Assembly: GCA_003971905.1 (NCBI GenBank)
Contig: RSEE01000145.1
Coordinates: 1-64,000 of the forward strand
Direction of reading: 5' to 3'
DNA from: Moniliella sp. 'wahieum'
Lineage: Eukaryota
DNA length: 64,000 nt
Below the pieces are notes generated by a model. It did no database searches. It was given only the letters and a program-made list of their open reading frames with translations, and was not told where the DNA came from. Shown here in pieces: positions 12,747 to 25,154 of this stretch. Both the position numbers and the translations under genes were made by a program. The number at the start of each line of letters is the position of its first letter. Within the stretch, counting starts at the first letter, position 1.

Positions 12747-13522
12747 ATTCAAGGCAGACAACTGCGAACCTGGTGGCCCTGTTCCTCGTCCCCAAAACCG
12801 TATTTACCCTCCCTCATACCTGTTAGCACCCCCGCCCAATCAGGTTTTCATGTTGAACCTCCGGTGCCCATGTGTCATAGGTAAGCCGAGGCGCACCGTT
12901 TGTGCCGCTGCCAGACCACATGGCGGCTATGCATGGTTACAGTGTGCCAACTGGATGCGTTCAGCAGATCCGTCCTCGTGTGATCTTGCGCTGCTGGAAC
13001 AGTAAGGCAAGTAGGCAGACCGGCACCCTGATACTACTAAGCATAAGCGGTGGGGTGAGTTCGGAGCATCGGTCCCGAAGAGGCTCGGGTGGATCGTAGC
13101 AGGTGAGGTGGATGTGTTCCTCAGGTTCTGTGTTGAGTTTGCGCAACCTCGAGTGCCCGTAGAAGTAAGGTATTCCTCGTCTCGGAACCGTGATCCTTCA
13201 ATTTGCCCTCGAGTTTGTACCTACCCCACACCCCACCCAGAGATGGGGAGAGGAAAGGGTGCTGTGCGCGTTGGCAGAGAGGCGAGGCTGAGTGGCCCCG
13301 TGCTTGCTGCCACGGCGCCAGCCGGACAAGTCATCATCACCGCCACGTCACAGCACCCCGCTTACCTAACACGCCACGTCGGCAACGGGCATCAGAAAAT
13401 CGAAACCAAAAAGGAAACAAAAACCTATATTCCAGCTTGGCCATCCGGTTGTTGGTGCCACGCCAGCACACATCGCAAGAGCGGTCCCACCTCCACCAGC
13501 CGCTTTTCTTCCCCCCATCGCC

Positions 13523-14104
13523 ATGGCCACCGCAGCTGATCCAAGCCAGAACCAAGCCGGGACTCCCGCTGCTATTTTTGATTCACCCTCCGTGCTTTTA
13601 ACCCGGAGGCCGTTCCCACAATGAACGGCAACTCTCGTTGTACGTCCCTCTCCTGGTTGGGCAACCACCTCACTTGTTCCCGTGTGAAGGCCCGACATGT
13701 TTCCGGCCCGAAGGTTGACGCTAACTGAATCTTCGTTGGTAGTGTGCGACAAGTATCCTTGCTTGTCGCTGGCTCTGCTGCGGGCGTGCTTGGCCTGACC
13801 AATTTTGCTGGGTTCGGGTTCTTCCTCGTGGCTCAGTTGGCCATCTCCTTATCCATCATCCTCCTTGCCACCCAGGGAGACCCATCGTCTTATCTGCTGG
13901 ATCCAGCGTCGGTACAGTGGGATGGGATTCGCGTCAAGGTCAACGCATCAGCTAACCTCGTCAAGGGATTGGCTGCTGTGCCGCCTGGTGTGGCCACACA
14001 AGCTTGGGCCTGGGGCAAGTTTCCTTCTGGATGGCCTGGTGGACAACTTTTTGTCCTACGTGTGGTGGACGTTTTGGTCGGCACTTGTGCATGTGTACGA
14101 CTAG
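13523..14104 (+). CDS. EMC6: ER membrane protein complex subunit 6 (Rab5ip family), one intron at ~13639-13742
   Basis: SLLVAGSAAGVLGLTNFAGFGFF and the C-terminal DGLVDNFLSYVWWTFWSALVHVYD are typical EMC6 motifs. Frameshifts are present. Confidence 0.85.
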
Positions 14105-15567
14105 CTGCTGTCCTGGACCGAATTTGGAAGTGTCGGCGGATCCCCGCGACACGACGCGCGGCTGGCCCACTTGGGCCAGCACATCCACTTGGACAACAGG
14201 GAATGTTCTAATCTGGCACGCAGTACTTTTTTCCTTGATGACGACCGGCCGCGCTCGCTTGGTTCGAGAGTACTTTGTATGCGAATACAAATGCAATGGT
14301 TTTGACTTGTGTGTGTACAGTTGTCCAACATATGTCGGAAGATTCAACGTTCAACGTGAACGTTGGCTGTGCGCTTCAACCCCGTCAGGGACGTGGGTTG
14401 GCCTTGCATTCATTAGGTCTGTCTACCTCGTGGGTATACCCTGGCAGTACATCCGCTTTCGATCTATGCAATGACGGCTGAGGCAGAGGATCTCAGTGGT
14501 TGCTGCCAGAGAGAGTTTGGTCATCACGATGTCCTCAGCTCCGCACCTTGCCCCCCGCCCCAGTGTTAAACGACCGCAGGAGTTCGTCTGAGATCTGACG
14601 GCACCCATGTGGTCCATGGACGACGGGGGGGAGCATCAGCCATGGTTCGGGTGTTAGCCGCTAAGCGCCAACATGCAACATGCGATGGTAGTGCATTGGA
14701 GCCTGGAGCGGCAGAAGCCAATCAATGATGCCAGTCATGCGTCCTGTTGCGTATCATCACTGCTAGTCGTCCATGGAGTGGGACGGCATGGCACCTGCAT
14801 TTTGCTGTGCCTCAGCGTCTCTTGGCTGCCTGCGTGCTGTAAGGCAGGAACAGGGGATAAGCCAGGGGACGCTCAACGTTCAACCGCAGGCTGAGCCTGG
14901 CTGAGCTCAGCAGGCTCAGCTGTCCTTTTCCTGCTCACCGTCCCCACCGGTGTTCGGGGCAGCGGACCAACGTGCCCAGCGGAACGCATGCTGGCGGCAG
15001 AGGCTGCGTGGCGCCAGTGTAGCCCAGGCTCGCACGGGCCTGCGCGGCTCCCCGCACCAGACGCGTGATGCAGGATGCCCACGGGGCGGACCAGAACAAG
15101 TAAACCTCCGCCAAGGCCAAATGGGGGACACAGCAGGGCAGCTGGCTATTCTATGTTGGCGCAGGCAACGGGCTACTGGGCCAACGGGACACCTCGCATC
15201 ATCGACCTATCCTGGCCAACGACGCACCCACAGGGCCTGGGCCTGACGCACGCCAACATGTCACATGTCAGGCCCCAGGCCCCGTGCAGGCCCCGTCCGA
15301 TCACCGATCCTCCCCGCAGCACACGATCGGCGGGCGGGCGGTGTGCCTGTCTCGCATCTGCATCCCACCGGGCGGCCGCATCCCGCCGCCGCAGTGGGGC
15401 ACTCGGCCAGTGCGGCCGCATGTCGCACCACCCCCACAGCGCCCCCTGCCCGGCGGCCGATGGCCAGCGCTATCGAACACGGCGTTCGCACCGCCCGCGG
15501 GATCGCCCCAGCATCGCCGTCGCTCTATAACCCCTCCTTCTCTTCCCCACCACCCTCTGCTGCGCCC

Positions 15568-18500
15568 ATGCCTGTGCCTGTGCCCGCGCCTGCGCCCGTG
15601 CGGGTGTTCGACCTGGCGCTTGCCGGCGACGGCAGCCCCGCCCCAGCCAGAACTATGTCCGCCTCCCTCCCCCCGAGCAGCCCTATGTGCTGCGCTTCAG
15701 CATTCACGCCGGCGGCCTCGCCTGCCGCCAAGGCGTCCTCTACACCTCCCTCCCGCCCCGGCCAGCCCTTCAGCCGCACCACCTTCCACCCCGTGCCGCT
15801 CCCCACCGACGTCACCAAGCCCATCGTCGATCTCTGGGTGCACCCCCGGTGTGTTCGAGTTTTATGTTGAGCATGCCGCCCGCTCGAGCGCATGCCCTAC
15901 CCTGCGCCCGACACGGCTCTGTTCCCCTTTGCCTCTGCTCGGTCCCAGAGCAAGCATGGTTTCTTTAACGTCGATCCCTCATCACCCTCCCCGCCCGCTC
16001 TCCTGTTGTCAGCCCCGACGGCGACCTGCTCGACCCGCATCTCGAACCGGCGCTGAGCCGGTCCGTCTGTCCCAGGACGCTATTGTGCTCCAGTCCTTTG
16101 TTTCCAAGTGGGCCGGCTCGCTGAGCCAGTGGGCGCCCATCTCGACCTGGCACGTGACGCTGGCTTTAACATGATCCACTTTGTGCCCCTCCAGGTGCGC
16201 GGCGTCAGCAACAGCCCCTACGCTTGGCCAATCCCCTCGACTTTAGCCCCGATTTGTTTGACGCCCAGGCTGGAGCCCACGCTACCCGCGACGAGCGCTT
16301 TGCCACAATCAAAACCTGGCTCAAGAAGCTTCGTGCAGAGTGGGGGATCGCATCTCTGACCGACATTGTCTTGAACCATGTCGCGAATAATTCGCCATGG
16401 CTGTATGAACACCCTGAGTGCGGTACGTTACCCCCTCCCCCTCCACCCAACCCCCTGCAAAATATGGATAGCCATCTTGATTCTGACCCTTATCTGTGGC
16501 GACCAGGATACAGCCCGGCCAACTCCCCCCACCTGACCCCGGCCGAGGAGCTGGACCGCAAACTGGTTGAGTTTTCGGGCCAACTCGCCTCACTCGGCCT
16601 GCCGACCGAGGTCAAGGGCCAAGGTGAGATTGACACTTTGGTGCAGGGCGTCAAGGACCATGTCTTGGGTCCGCTCAAGTTTGGCAATACTACGTCATTG
16701 ACGTGGCGACGGAGGCCGAGGCGTTCAAGGCGGCCCTGGCCAAGGGAGAGACAGCCTCCCTTCCGGTAGAGTGCGAGGAGGAAGTGGCTCAGTTGCAGGT
16801 GGGCTGGATGGTTCGTTCGAGCTGCTTAAAAAGTACGCCTTGACCGACGCTATGGCGCTCAAGAGCCGGTTTGTGAGCAAGGTTGATGTTTCCAAGGCGG
16901 TGGTCATTCTGCGTAGCGTTGGCGGCGGAGCCAATGACGACGAGTGGTCAAGGCCTTCTCCGTGCCCTCGATATCATCAACGTTGACTTTTACAAGACGT
17001 ACGATGACGACGATCGGCGATGATCAACAACCTTGCGGGGCGAATCAAGTTTATGCGTCTCGAGGCAGGCGGCCCGCAACTCGGACCCATCACCAAGGAC
17101 GAGCCGATCAACGAGTGTACTTTACTCGCTAGATGCCTCGGATGCGCGACTCAAAGGGCGTGACCCGTCCGAGTTGGCTCTGGCTAACAATGGCTGGGTC
17201 TGGGCCGCTGATCCGTTGGTCAACTTTGCTTCATCCGAGTCGCGCGTATACTTACGCGTGAACTTATCTCGTGGGCGACTGCGTTAATTGCGGTACGGCA
17301 AAAAGCCCGAAGACAACCCCTTTGTGTGGCTCAGATGGAGAAGTACGTGACTTCGCTGGCCTCATGTTTGATGGTTTGCGGATCGACAATGCTCATTCCA
17401 CCCCGATCTGGGGGCGAGTACTTGTTGGATGCTGCTCGCCGGACCAACCCCAACATTTATGTCGTGGCCGAATTGTTTACCGGAAACGCAGATCTGGACA
17501 AGTACTTTGTCTCGCGTCTTGGCATCAACAGTTTGATTCGCGAGATGGACAATGCGAACGAGCCCGTTGAGGAGAGCCGCTTGCTCTATAATTACGGTCA
17601 CAACAAGCCCGTGGGGAGTATGGATGCTGACATTCTTACGCGTGCGGGACGGTGGAAGACCCAAAGAAGCCATCCGAACTGCTGCCTGCGACGTTGTGCC
17701 GCTGCAAGGGAGCGATCCTCATGCGCTGTTTATGGATTTGACCATGACAATGAAACTCCCACGCAAAGCGTACGACCCAAGATGCGTTGACGATGGGTTC
17801 GCTCGTCGCCTTCTCTTGGTCGGCCATTGGATCGACACGCGGGTTTGACGAACTTTATCCGGATCACCTCAATGTGGTGTCGGAGAAGCGCCAGTATCGC
17901 CGATTTACCTCCTATACTGACGAGGGAACAGGCATCACGCCCGTTCGGCATATCCTCAACCATCTTCACACCCAGATGGTTTCCGAGGGTTACACCGAGG
18001 GTCACTTGCACCAAGAGAACGAGTACATTGTCTTCCATCGGGTTCACCCCGTTACACAAAGGCTTTGTCCTCGTGGCTCACACTGCATTCAAGGGAAACT
18101 CGGGCGGTCGTGGGCGATTAGTCCCATCATCCTCCGTGGCAGCTCGGCCAAATTTGTGCTGGGCAAGTGGCTGGAAATTACCGGTCCGCCCCCCAAGGAC
18201 GATGATACGTGTACGGCTTTTCCAACAAGCTGCACGACATTGCCTCTCCCCAGATCCGTGCCGGATCCGATGGTGCGGGTTCCTTACTGAGATTGTCGTC
18301 CCGGACTTTTTCCCGCCTGGGGCAATTATGGTGTTTGCGACGGCAATCGAGACTTTGCCTTCGACCCCCACGTCGATGGAGGCGTTGTGTTCCGAAGGCG
18401 CCGAGTCGGCGGTGGCCAGCTCACCTTGCCTGAACTGAATGTTCTTCTGTACCGTGCCTCGGGCGAGGAGGGCGACGCTACCGAGGGCAAGTTTGGCGCG

Positions 18501-20800
18501 TACAACGTGCCCAACTATGGCGAATTGGTCTACTGTGGCCTGGAGGGGTTCATGGCCCCCCTACGCGAGGTGATTGCCAAGAACGACCTGGGCCACCCAC
18601 TCTGCGACACCTCCGACAGGGTACCTGGCCCCTGGACTACACGGTGAACCGTCTGCGTGACTACCGCGGTCGGTACGTGACACGTACGCTAGGCTCGATG
18701 CGACGATCTTGGCTCAGCGATCGGTTTGACAAGATCAAGGAGACCGTGCCTCCGTTATGTTGCCCAAGTACTTTGCTCTGGTTCTCAGTACCCTCTACAC
18801 CGCCGCTCGTGCTCGCACATTGAAGTTGATGGGACCTTTGGTGACGGAAGGAGACCAGTTTACCCAGTCTCTCGCCCTCGTCGCGGTGCAACTTTCCGGG
18901 GCAGTCAGAGCGCGAGTCTGACTCCGTTCAAGACCAGTTCTTCACTTGCCGCCGGCCTGCCCTTTTTCGCGGCGGGTGGGCGCGTCTGTGGGGTCGGGAC
19001 GTGTTGATCGCTCTGCGTGGCATTTACCTCGCCACGGGGCTGTACGATAGCCAAGAACACATCCTTGCCTTTGGAGCTACCCTGCACGAGGGCATGATTC
19101 CCAACCTGTTGGACAGCGGCAAGAACCCCGGTACAACTGTCGCGACGGACCCTGGTACTTTGCCCAATGCGTCCAGGACTATGTTTCGATTGTGCCGGAT
19201 GGCGAGAAGCTGTTGGGGGAGACAGTCAAGCGTCGCTTCCCGCGTGATGGCGCCTGGGCCGAGTGGGACTCGGAGGAAGCCTTTTCCACCTCGTCCACAG
19301 TGGCTGAGTTGGTGACTGAGATCTTGCAACGTCACCGAGGGCATCCATTTCCGCGAGCACAATGCGGGCCCGGCAATCGATCAGGACATGCGTGACCCAG
19401 GATTCAATATTGATGTGTACACTGACTGGGCACTGGCTTTGTCATGGGTGGCAATGAGTGGAACTGCGGAACGTGGCAGGACAAGAACGGTTCCTCGGCC
19501 AAGGCGGGCAACAAGGGGGTTCCCGGTTCACCCGGGATGGTGCAGCGGTAGAATTACGGGGCTGCTCAAGAGTTCTCTCCGTTGGGTGTCGCAGTTGGAA
19601 GCGCAAGGTAAATGGCCCGCAAGGGCGTCACGGTCGATGGCAAGCTCATCTCGTATGCCGAGTGGGATGCACTGGTGCAGAAGAACTTTGAGCACTACTA
19701 CTACATTCCTCTTTCGGAGGAGGACGATGCCAAGTATGCTATCCGACCGGAGCTGGTGAGTCGGCGTGGAGTGTACAAGGATGTGGTGGGGTCCGGACCA
19801 GGTCGCGAGTGGAGCGATTACCAGTTCCGGCCAACTTCCCGATTGCCATGTGCGTTGCGCCCGAGCTGTTTACGCGGGAGCATGCGCTCACGGCACTGCA
19901 GGCGGCCGATGCGGTGCTCCGTGGACCACACTGGGAATGAAGACGTTGGACCCGCGCGACTGGCGCTACCGTGGCGACTATGACAATGCCAACGATTCGA
20001 CGATCCGAGCGTGGCTAAAGGATGGAACTACCACAATGGACCCGAGTGGCTCTTCCCCACTGGCTTCTTCCTTCGTGCGCTGTTACATTTCTTGTCTCAA
20101 CCCGCTACCAAGGGAACCAACCGTCACCGAGGACACTCTGCACTACATCTCGAGCCTTATGAGCAACCATCGTGAATTTGTCATCAAGGACCCTTGGGCC
20201 GGCCTGCCCGAACTTACCAACACGACGGCAGTTTTGTCGCGACTCGTGCCGTACCCAAGCCTGGTCCGCATCCACTTGCTCGATGCGTTGCGCGAAATGA
20301 AACTGTTGCATCAGGCCGCCCCGCCCGCCACGCCCGCAGGCACCGTCGTCGCTGTGGCTCAGACCACCTCCGGCAACGTGACGGCTGTGACCCCGGTTGC
20401 TTTTCCTTCTAAGGAGGTGCCCACGACGGAGTCCGTGCCGGAGCCCAAGACGGAGCCCAAGACGGAGCCCACCAAGGAACCCTCTACGCCACTGACAGCT
20501 GCACCTTTCGTGACTGAAGATGCGCTCCAGCCCATCTCGCCTACCGCTTCCGTGCCCACGACGCCGCGCAGAGTGTCCAAGGCACGTATCCAATCTGTCC
20601 AGACCCCGCCCGAGTCGCCCGGCGCCGCATCGGGATCGACCCCACTGCCACCGGTACAACCTTCGCTCCGCGCACGTATCTCTTCCATCCGCGTCCCCTC
20701 GGACGACGGTACAGGCTCCTACACCACCACTCACGCTACTAAAAAGTCGGGCTTGCGCGGATGGTTTTCCCGCTCCCCTTCCAAACCTTCTTCTTCCTGA
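15568..20800 (+). CDS. GDB1: Glycogen debranching enzyme (4-alpha-glucanotransferase/amylo-1,6-glucosidase); many assembly frameshifts, intron at ~16423-16507
   Basis: [102 protein letters not shown] and [10 protein letters not shown] in the expected order. Confidence 0.95.
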
Positions 20801-21100
20801 TGCACTGTGCACAATGCGCCCCGGGAGGGAGGCCAAGGCACAGAGCGGACGATGGCGGCTTGGCACCAATGCGACCATCGCAGTGGAGGGGGTAGCTGTG
20901 GTTGCTGTGGTTGCTGTTGTTGTTGGATCCGACGAGGAGGACTGGTCGGATCGGATCGAGGGAAAGGGAGAGGGAGAGTAAGAATGGTGTGAGAAGGGAG
21001 TTTTTGTCGACTTGTTTTTTTTTCTCGGAATGCGTGATTCACATGATTTGGTACACCGTTGTTTGCCTCGTAGCGCGTAGCCGTAGCGCGTAGCCGTAGC

Positions 21101-21317
21101 TGTAAGACCGGAGGAACCCAAGGGATTGGGTGAAGAACCTCTGGAAATGTAGAGCAATGCAATCGCGATGGTGGTGGTTCAGGTCTAAGCCTTGTGCCAC
21201 ACCTAGAGACAGGGGTTCAGACAAGCCTGAGTATACACGTGGAGGCTTCGGAGGACAAATCAGGGGTGAAGGGTGATGAGGCGCCTTGGCCTAAGTACGG
21301 GACCACGGGTCCCAACA
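21101..21317 (-). repeat. 3' LTR of the copia element
   Basis: Direct repeat of 26776-26992, preceded in element sense by a G-run (PPT). Confidence 0.97.
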
Positions 21318-21355
21318 CCCCCCGGGCCAAGGGAACGAAAGAAGCCCGTTGGCCA

Positions 21356-24300
21356 TCAACAAAAGAAAAGTAGAAAGGGGATCAGCGCGAGAAAGAGAAG
21401 CCAAATCGAAATTGTTACGCGCAGAAATGATCTTGGGAAGAGAAAGAGGTTTGGTGAACCAGTCAGGGAGATGGTGTGCACCTGGAGTGTAGTGGACTTT
21501 AATTCGCCTCGGTGGATGCGTTCCCGCACCTCGTGGTACGAGACGTCAATCTCCCGTATTTTGCCTAGGCTTCCGAGCTTTTCGGCCAACGCTTTGGCAG
21601 CGGTGTTGTCAACAAAGAGCTCAATCGGGTGATTAGCCTTGCAGACACCAAGTTCAAACAGTATGTTGCGAATGAATAGAGCATCTCGAAGGCCATCTCC
21701 CATGGCTAGGTATTCAGATGCTGCTGTGTTGCTCACACCTTGATTTTGGGACTTGGAGCCCCAGGATACAGGCACACCGAAAACAAAAACAACATGGCCC
21801 GAAACGGAGTGAGAGTTGCTCTTGTCTGATGCAAAGGAGGCATCGGTGTGCAGCTCGAGTAGAGGGCGAGATCGGTTGGGTGTGAGGCACAAAGAGTAGT
21901 CAGACGTACCGGCGAAGAAACGTAACGTAGGTCCTCCGCTGCGCGTCGGTGGGCGGCGGACGGGTCGTCCATAAACCGCGCTAAAAAGGTAGCCGCAAAG
22001 AGGGCATCAGGCCGGGACATACGAGCCGCCCACAAGCTGGATCCGACAATAGAACGGTAGGCACGGTGCTCGTCTCGAGTGGCACGCTTTTCGTGTTCGG
22101 GTCGCTTGGGAGGCGGAAGTTGGTGGCCGATTGGAAGGTAGCGGGGCCGGTGAGGTGATATGTCATGCGCGGCAAGCGTCTCAGCGATGAATTTGGGTTG
22201 GCTGATGTACAGTCGTCCATCGATACGGTCGTATTGGCAGCCGAGATGGAAACGTAGGGGGCCGTTGGACTTAATTTGGATGCTGCGCCTTAATTCCACT
22301 AAGAATTCATCATACGCTTCTTGGGACCGACACGCGACCAAAAAGTCGTCAGTGTGGACGGCGATTAGGATCAGGCCAAGAGGTTCGGTGCGACGTATGA
22401 ACAGGCAAGGCTCTGATTTTAGGCTAGTGAAGTGGAGTCGGTCGCAAAGGAAAGTGCGGAGCCAATCTCCAAAGTTGGCCCCGCTCTGGTGCAGGCCATA
22501 GAGACTTTTCTTGAGTCTCCAGCAATGACCGGGCGCTTCTGGTAAGAAGGGGGGTGGTCGAACATAGACGAGCTCGTTGATATCGGCATAGAGGTAGGCA
22601 GCTTCCACATCGGCAGAAAATAAGTGGAGGCCATCAGCTTCGGCCAACGCAATTAGCGTGTTGACGGCAGCAGTACGAACGGCAGGAGCAAAAGATTTCG
22701 CCCATGTGCCAGGAACTTGCCGGTGCCCTCCCACAACGTAGCGGGCACGGTACTTGAGGAAGTTAGCATCCGCATCCGTCTTAGTACCTATGACCCACAT
22801 GCCGGGAAGGGGTTTGATCCCTGGGGGGATGGGTACAACTTCCTTCACGTCACGCTCGTCAAAACGCCGAAGCTCGAGGCGCATTGCCTCGAGTACGCCA
22901 TCAAAGGCAGGGTGACCCACCAACTTCTTGATGTTCTTGGGGGCCACCGGGACCCCATCGGTGGTCAGTATGACCTCGGTGTCACTTGCCGCGGATTCGA
23001 TTGCGAGTGCGATGGGGGGCGAGCTTGGCTCCGAAGCAGGTAGCATGGATGTGTCCGGCGCTGGTCCGAAAATACTCACCAAAGCCTGCATTCCTAGGGC
23101 GGAGAGGGCGGCCGGGTTGCCAAAGATGCTAGGGGCCTTGTTGACGAGCAGGGAAAAGGTGCCATCGCGCAAATTGTCGTTGGCTGGAATGGACAGGTCG
23201 AGGGGTGGAGCGTTGATACGCGCTTGGCGAACGGGATTGCGACGCACGAGTGCGGGGACGGCTGTATCGGTCAGGGGCACGGTCACGGGGGCGAGCGTGT
23301 CGGTGGGGGAGAGAGGGGAGGGGGATAGGGCGGGAGAGGAAGGGGAAGTGGAAGAGGGAGGGGAAAACAGGACTTGGTGGCCAGTGTCAACGGCATCTTC
23401 TGTGATAGTTTCATTTTCTTCGGCTTGCTTTGCCTGGCGTGTGTGCCATGCCTGCGGGGTCAGATGCAACAGGTTGGGGGGATACATGTGGGGGGTTGGA
23501 GTTGGTGGGAGTGGGGCCAGGCTCTGAATTCTCATTTTCGTTGGCTTGAGCCGGGCGATGTGCCTCTGTTTTTCGTTCTTTTAATTTTCTTTTTCCATGG
23601 GGGGCATTGTCTTTCTTACCATTAGTATCGCGGGTCAGTTCATCTATCGCAAAACGCACACGCCGGGGTGGGGAGCTGTCTGACTTCCCACCAGCACCCA
23701 TTTCTCCGCCCCCCCGCACCTCTCCGCCACCAGCAGGGACAAGGGGGTCCAGATGAAAGTGCGTGGGATATTCGGTGGTGTACGGGACATGTGTCCAGGT
23801 GGACGGCTTTTTCCAACGGAATCCAACTTGGCCGTCGTCCTGGTGGATGGCAAAGAGCCACCCCTTCGAACCGCGGCCGTGCCCGTAACCCACCAACATT
23901 GCTGGGACGGCCCGCGGACCAAGTTTGCCGCCCTCGCGTTGGTTGGGCAATAGGTGCAGGTAGGCAAGAGTGCCAAAACCGCGCATGCGAAGGGAGGGTT
24001 TAAAGCCATGGTACCGGACAAATCGGCTGTCCCCACCCAGTGCTTTCGGCGGCGACTGGTTGTGTGCATATGTGGCCGCCAACAAGCTGTGTTCCCACCA
24101 CTCGTCGGGAGTCAATCTGTTGGCGATTACCATGAGTCGAGCGCGATCCGTAATCGATCTTATGGCGCGTTCGGCGACCCCATTGGACGCACTTTCGCCA
24201 GGATTGGTGCGCTCGCTCACTACTCCCAGCTCGCAGTAAAACTCGTCCATTGCGGTGGTGAGTTCAGGCGCATTGTCAGAGCGGACCGTCTGAAGGGGGC

Positions 24301-25154
24301 GGTCGGGATGTTGGCGATGCTCGCGCCGGATGAAGGCTTGAAGTTCGGCTGTGGCATCACCCTTGGACACCAGGGGTAGCGTCCAGGTATACCGCGTAAA
24401 GTCGTCGACAATGATAAGGGGCGCGTAAGTATGACCCCCGCCGCCTTGGCGGGATATGTCAAGGACGTCGAGGTGGAGGAGAGAGAAAGGGGAGAGAGAG
24501 GGCGAATGGTTCGGATTGGGCGTCCAGTCGTGGCGTGAGGTGGGGCAGTGGCTGCTTAATGCGCATGGTGCACAGTGCCACGAGGACCGGACTAAAGCGA
24601 TGTCGCCACTGTTGACCCGTTCGAATGCTGGGTCATCCGACGTGAGGGATGAAAGTTGATCTAGAGGTGCATGATTCCATCGGATGTGGGCGTTTTTCAC
24701 CTTGACCAGGGTTGCATCAAGGTTGAGTAGCGAAGTGGCGCTGTTGGCTGTGGCTGTCGTATTGGGCGCCAGAGTAAGGGAATAGCTTGAGTCGGCGGCG
24801 AGACGAAAAGGTTCGCCGTGTCGTCCGAGATAGAGACCATGGCCACCTGGAGGGATCCAGCTGCCAATGCCTGCGACAGATAGATGGTAAGCGCTGAGCA
24901 GGTTGGTCGGGAAGGTGGGGCAGTACAAGCTGCCGGGTAGGTGGATGCGGATAGGGGCTCCGTTCTGGGTTTGAATGTACATAGAGATGGGTGCCAATGC
25001 CTTCAGTGTATGCGATCTGTCCGTTTGCCACTGCTATGGGCTCGCGGTGTGGACGAAGATTGATAAACGCACTTCGTTCATTGAATACGGATGGTCTCGC
25101 ACCTGAATCGTGTTGCGCAGGGAGGTTGGCTGGCTTAGGGCCTCCCGCGCTGTC
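21356..25154 (-). CDS. copia pol (protease, integrase, RT, RNase H), split by frameshifts
   Basis: PR: HDSGA..FINL..IAVANG..GIGT. IN: HIRWNH..CAPC, LHLDV, VDDFTRY, RSDNAPE, NGVAER. RT: RARYVVGG, DVEAAYL, LKKSLYGLHQSG, VHTDD. RH: TDASF, SEYLA, VDNTAA. The exact 3' end is uncertain. Confidence 0.93.
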
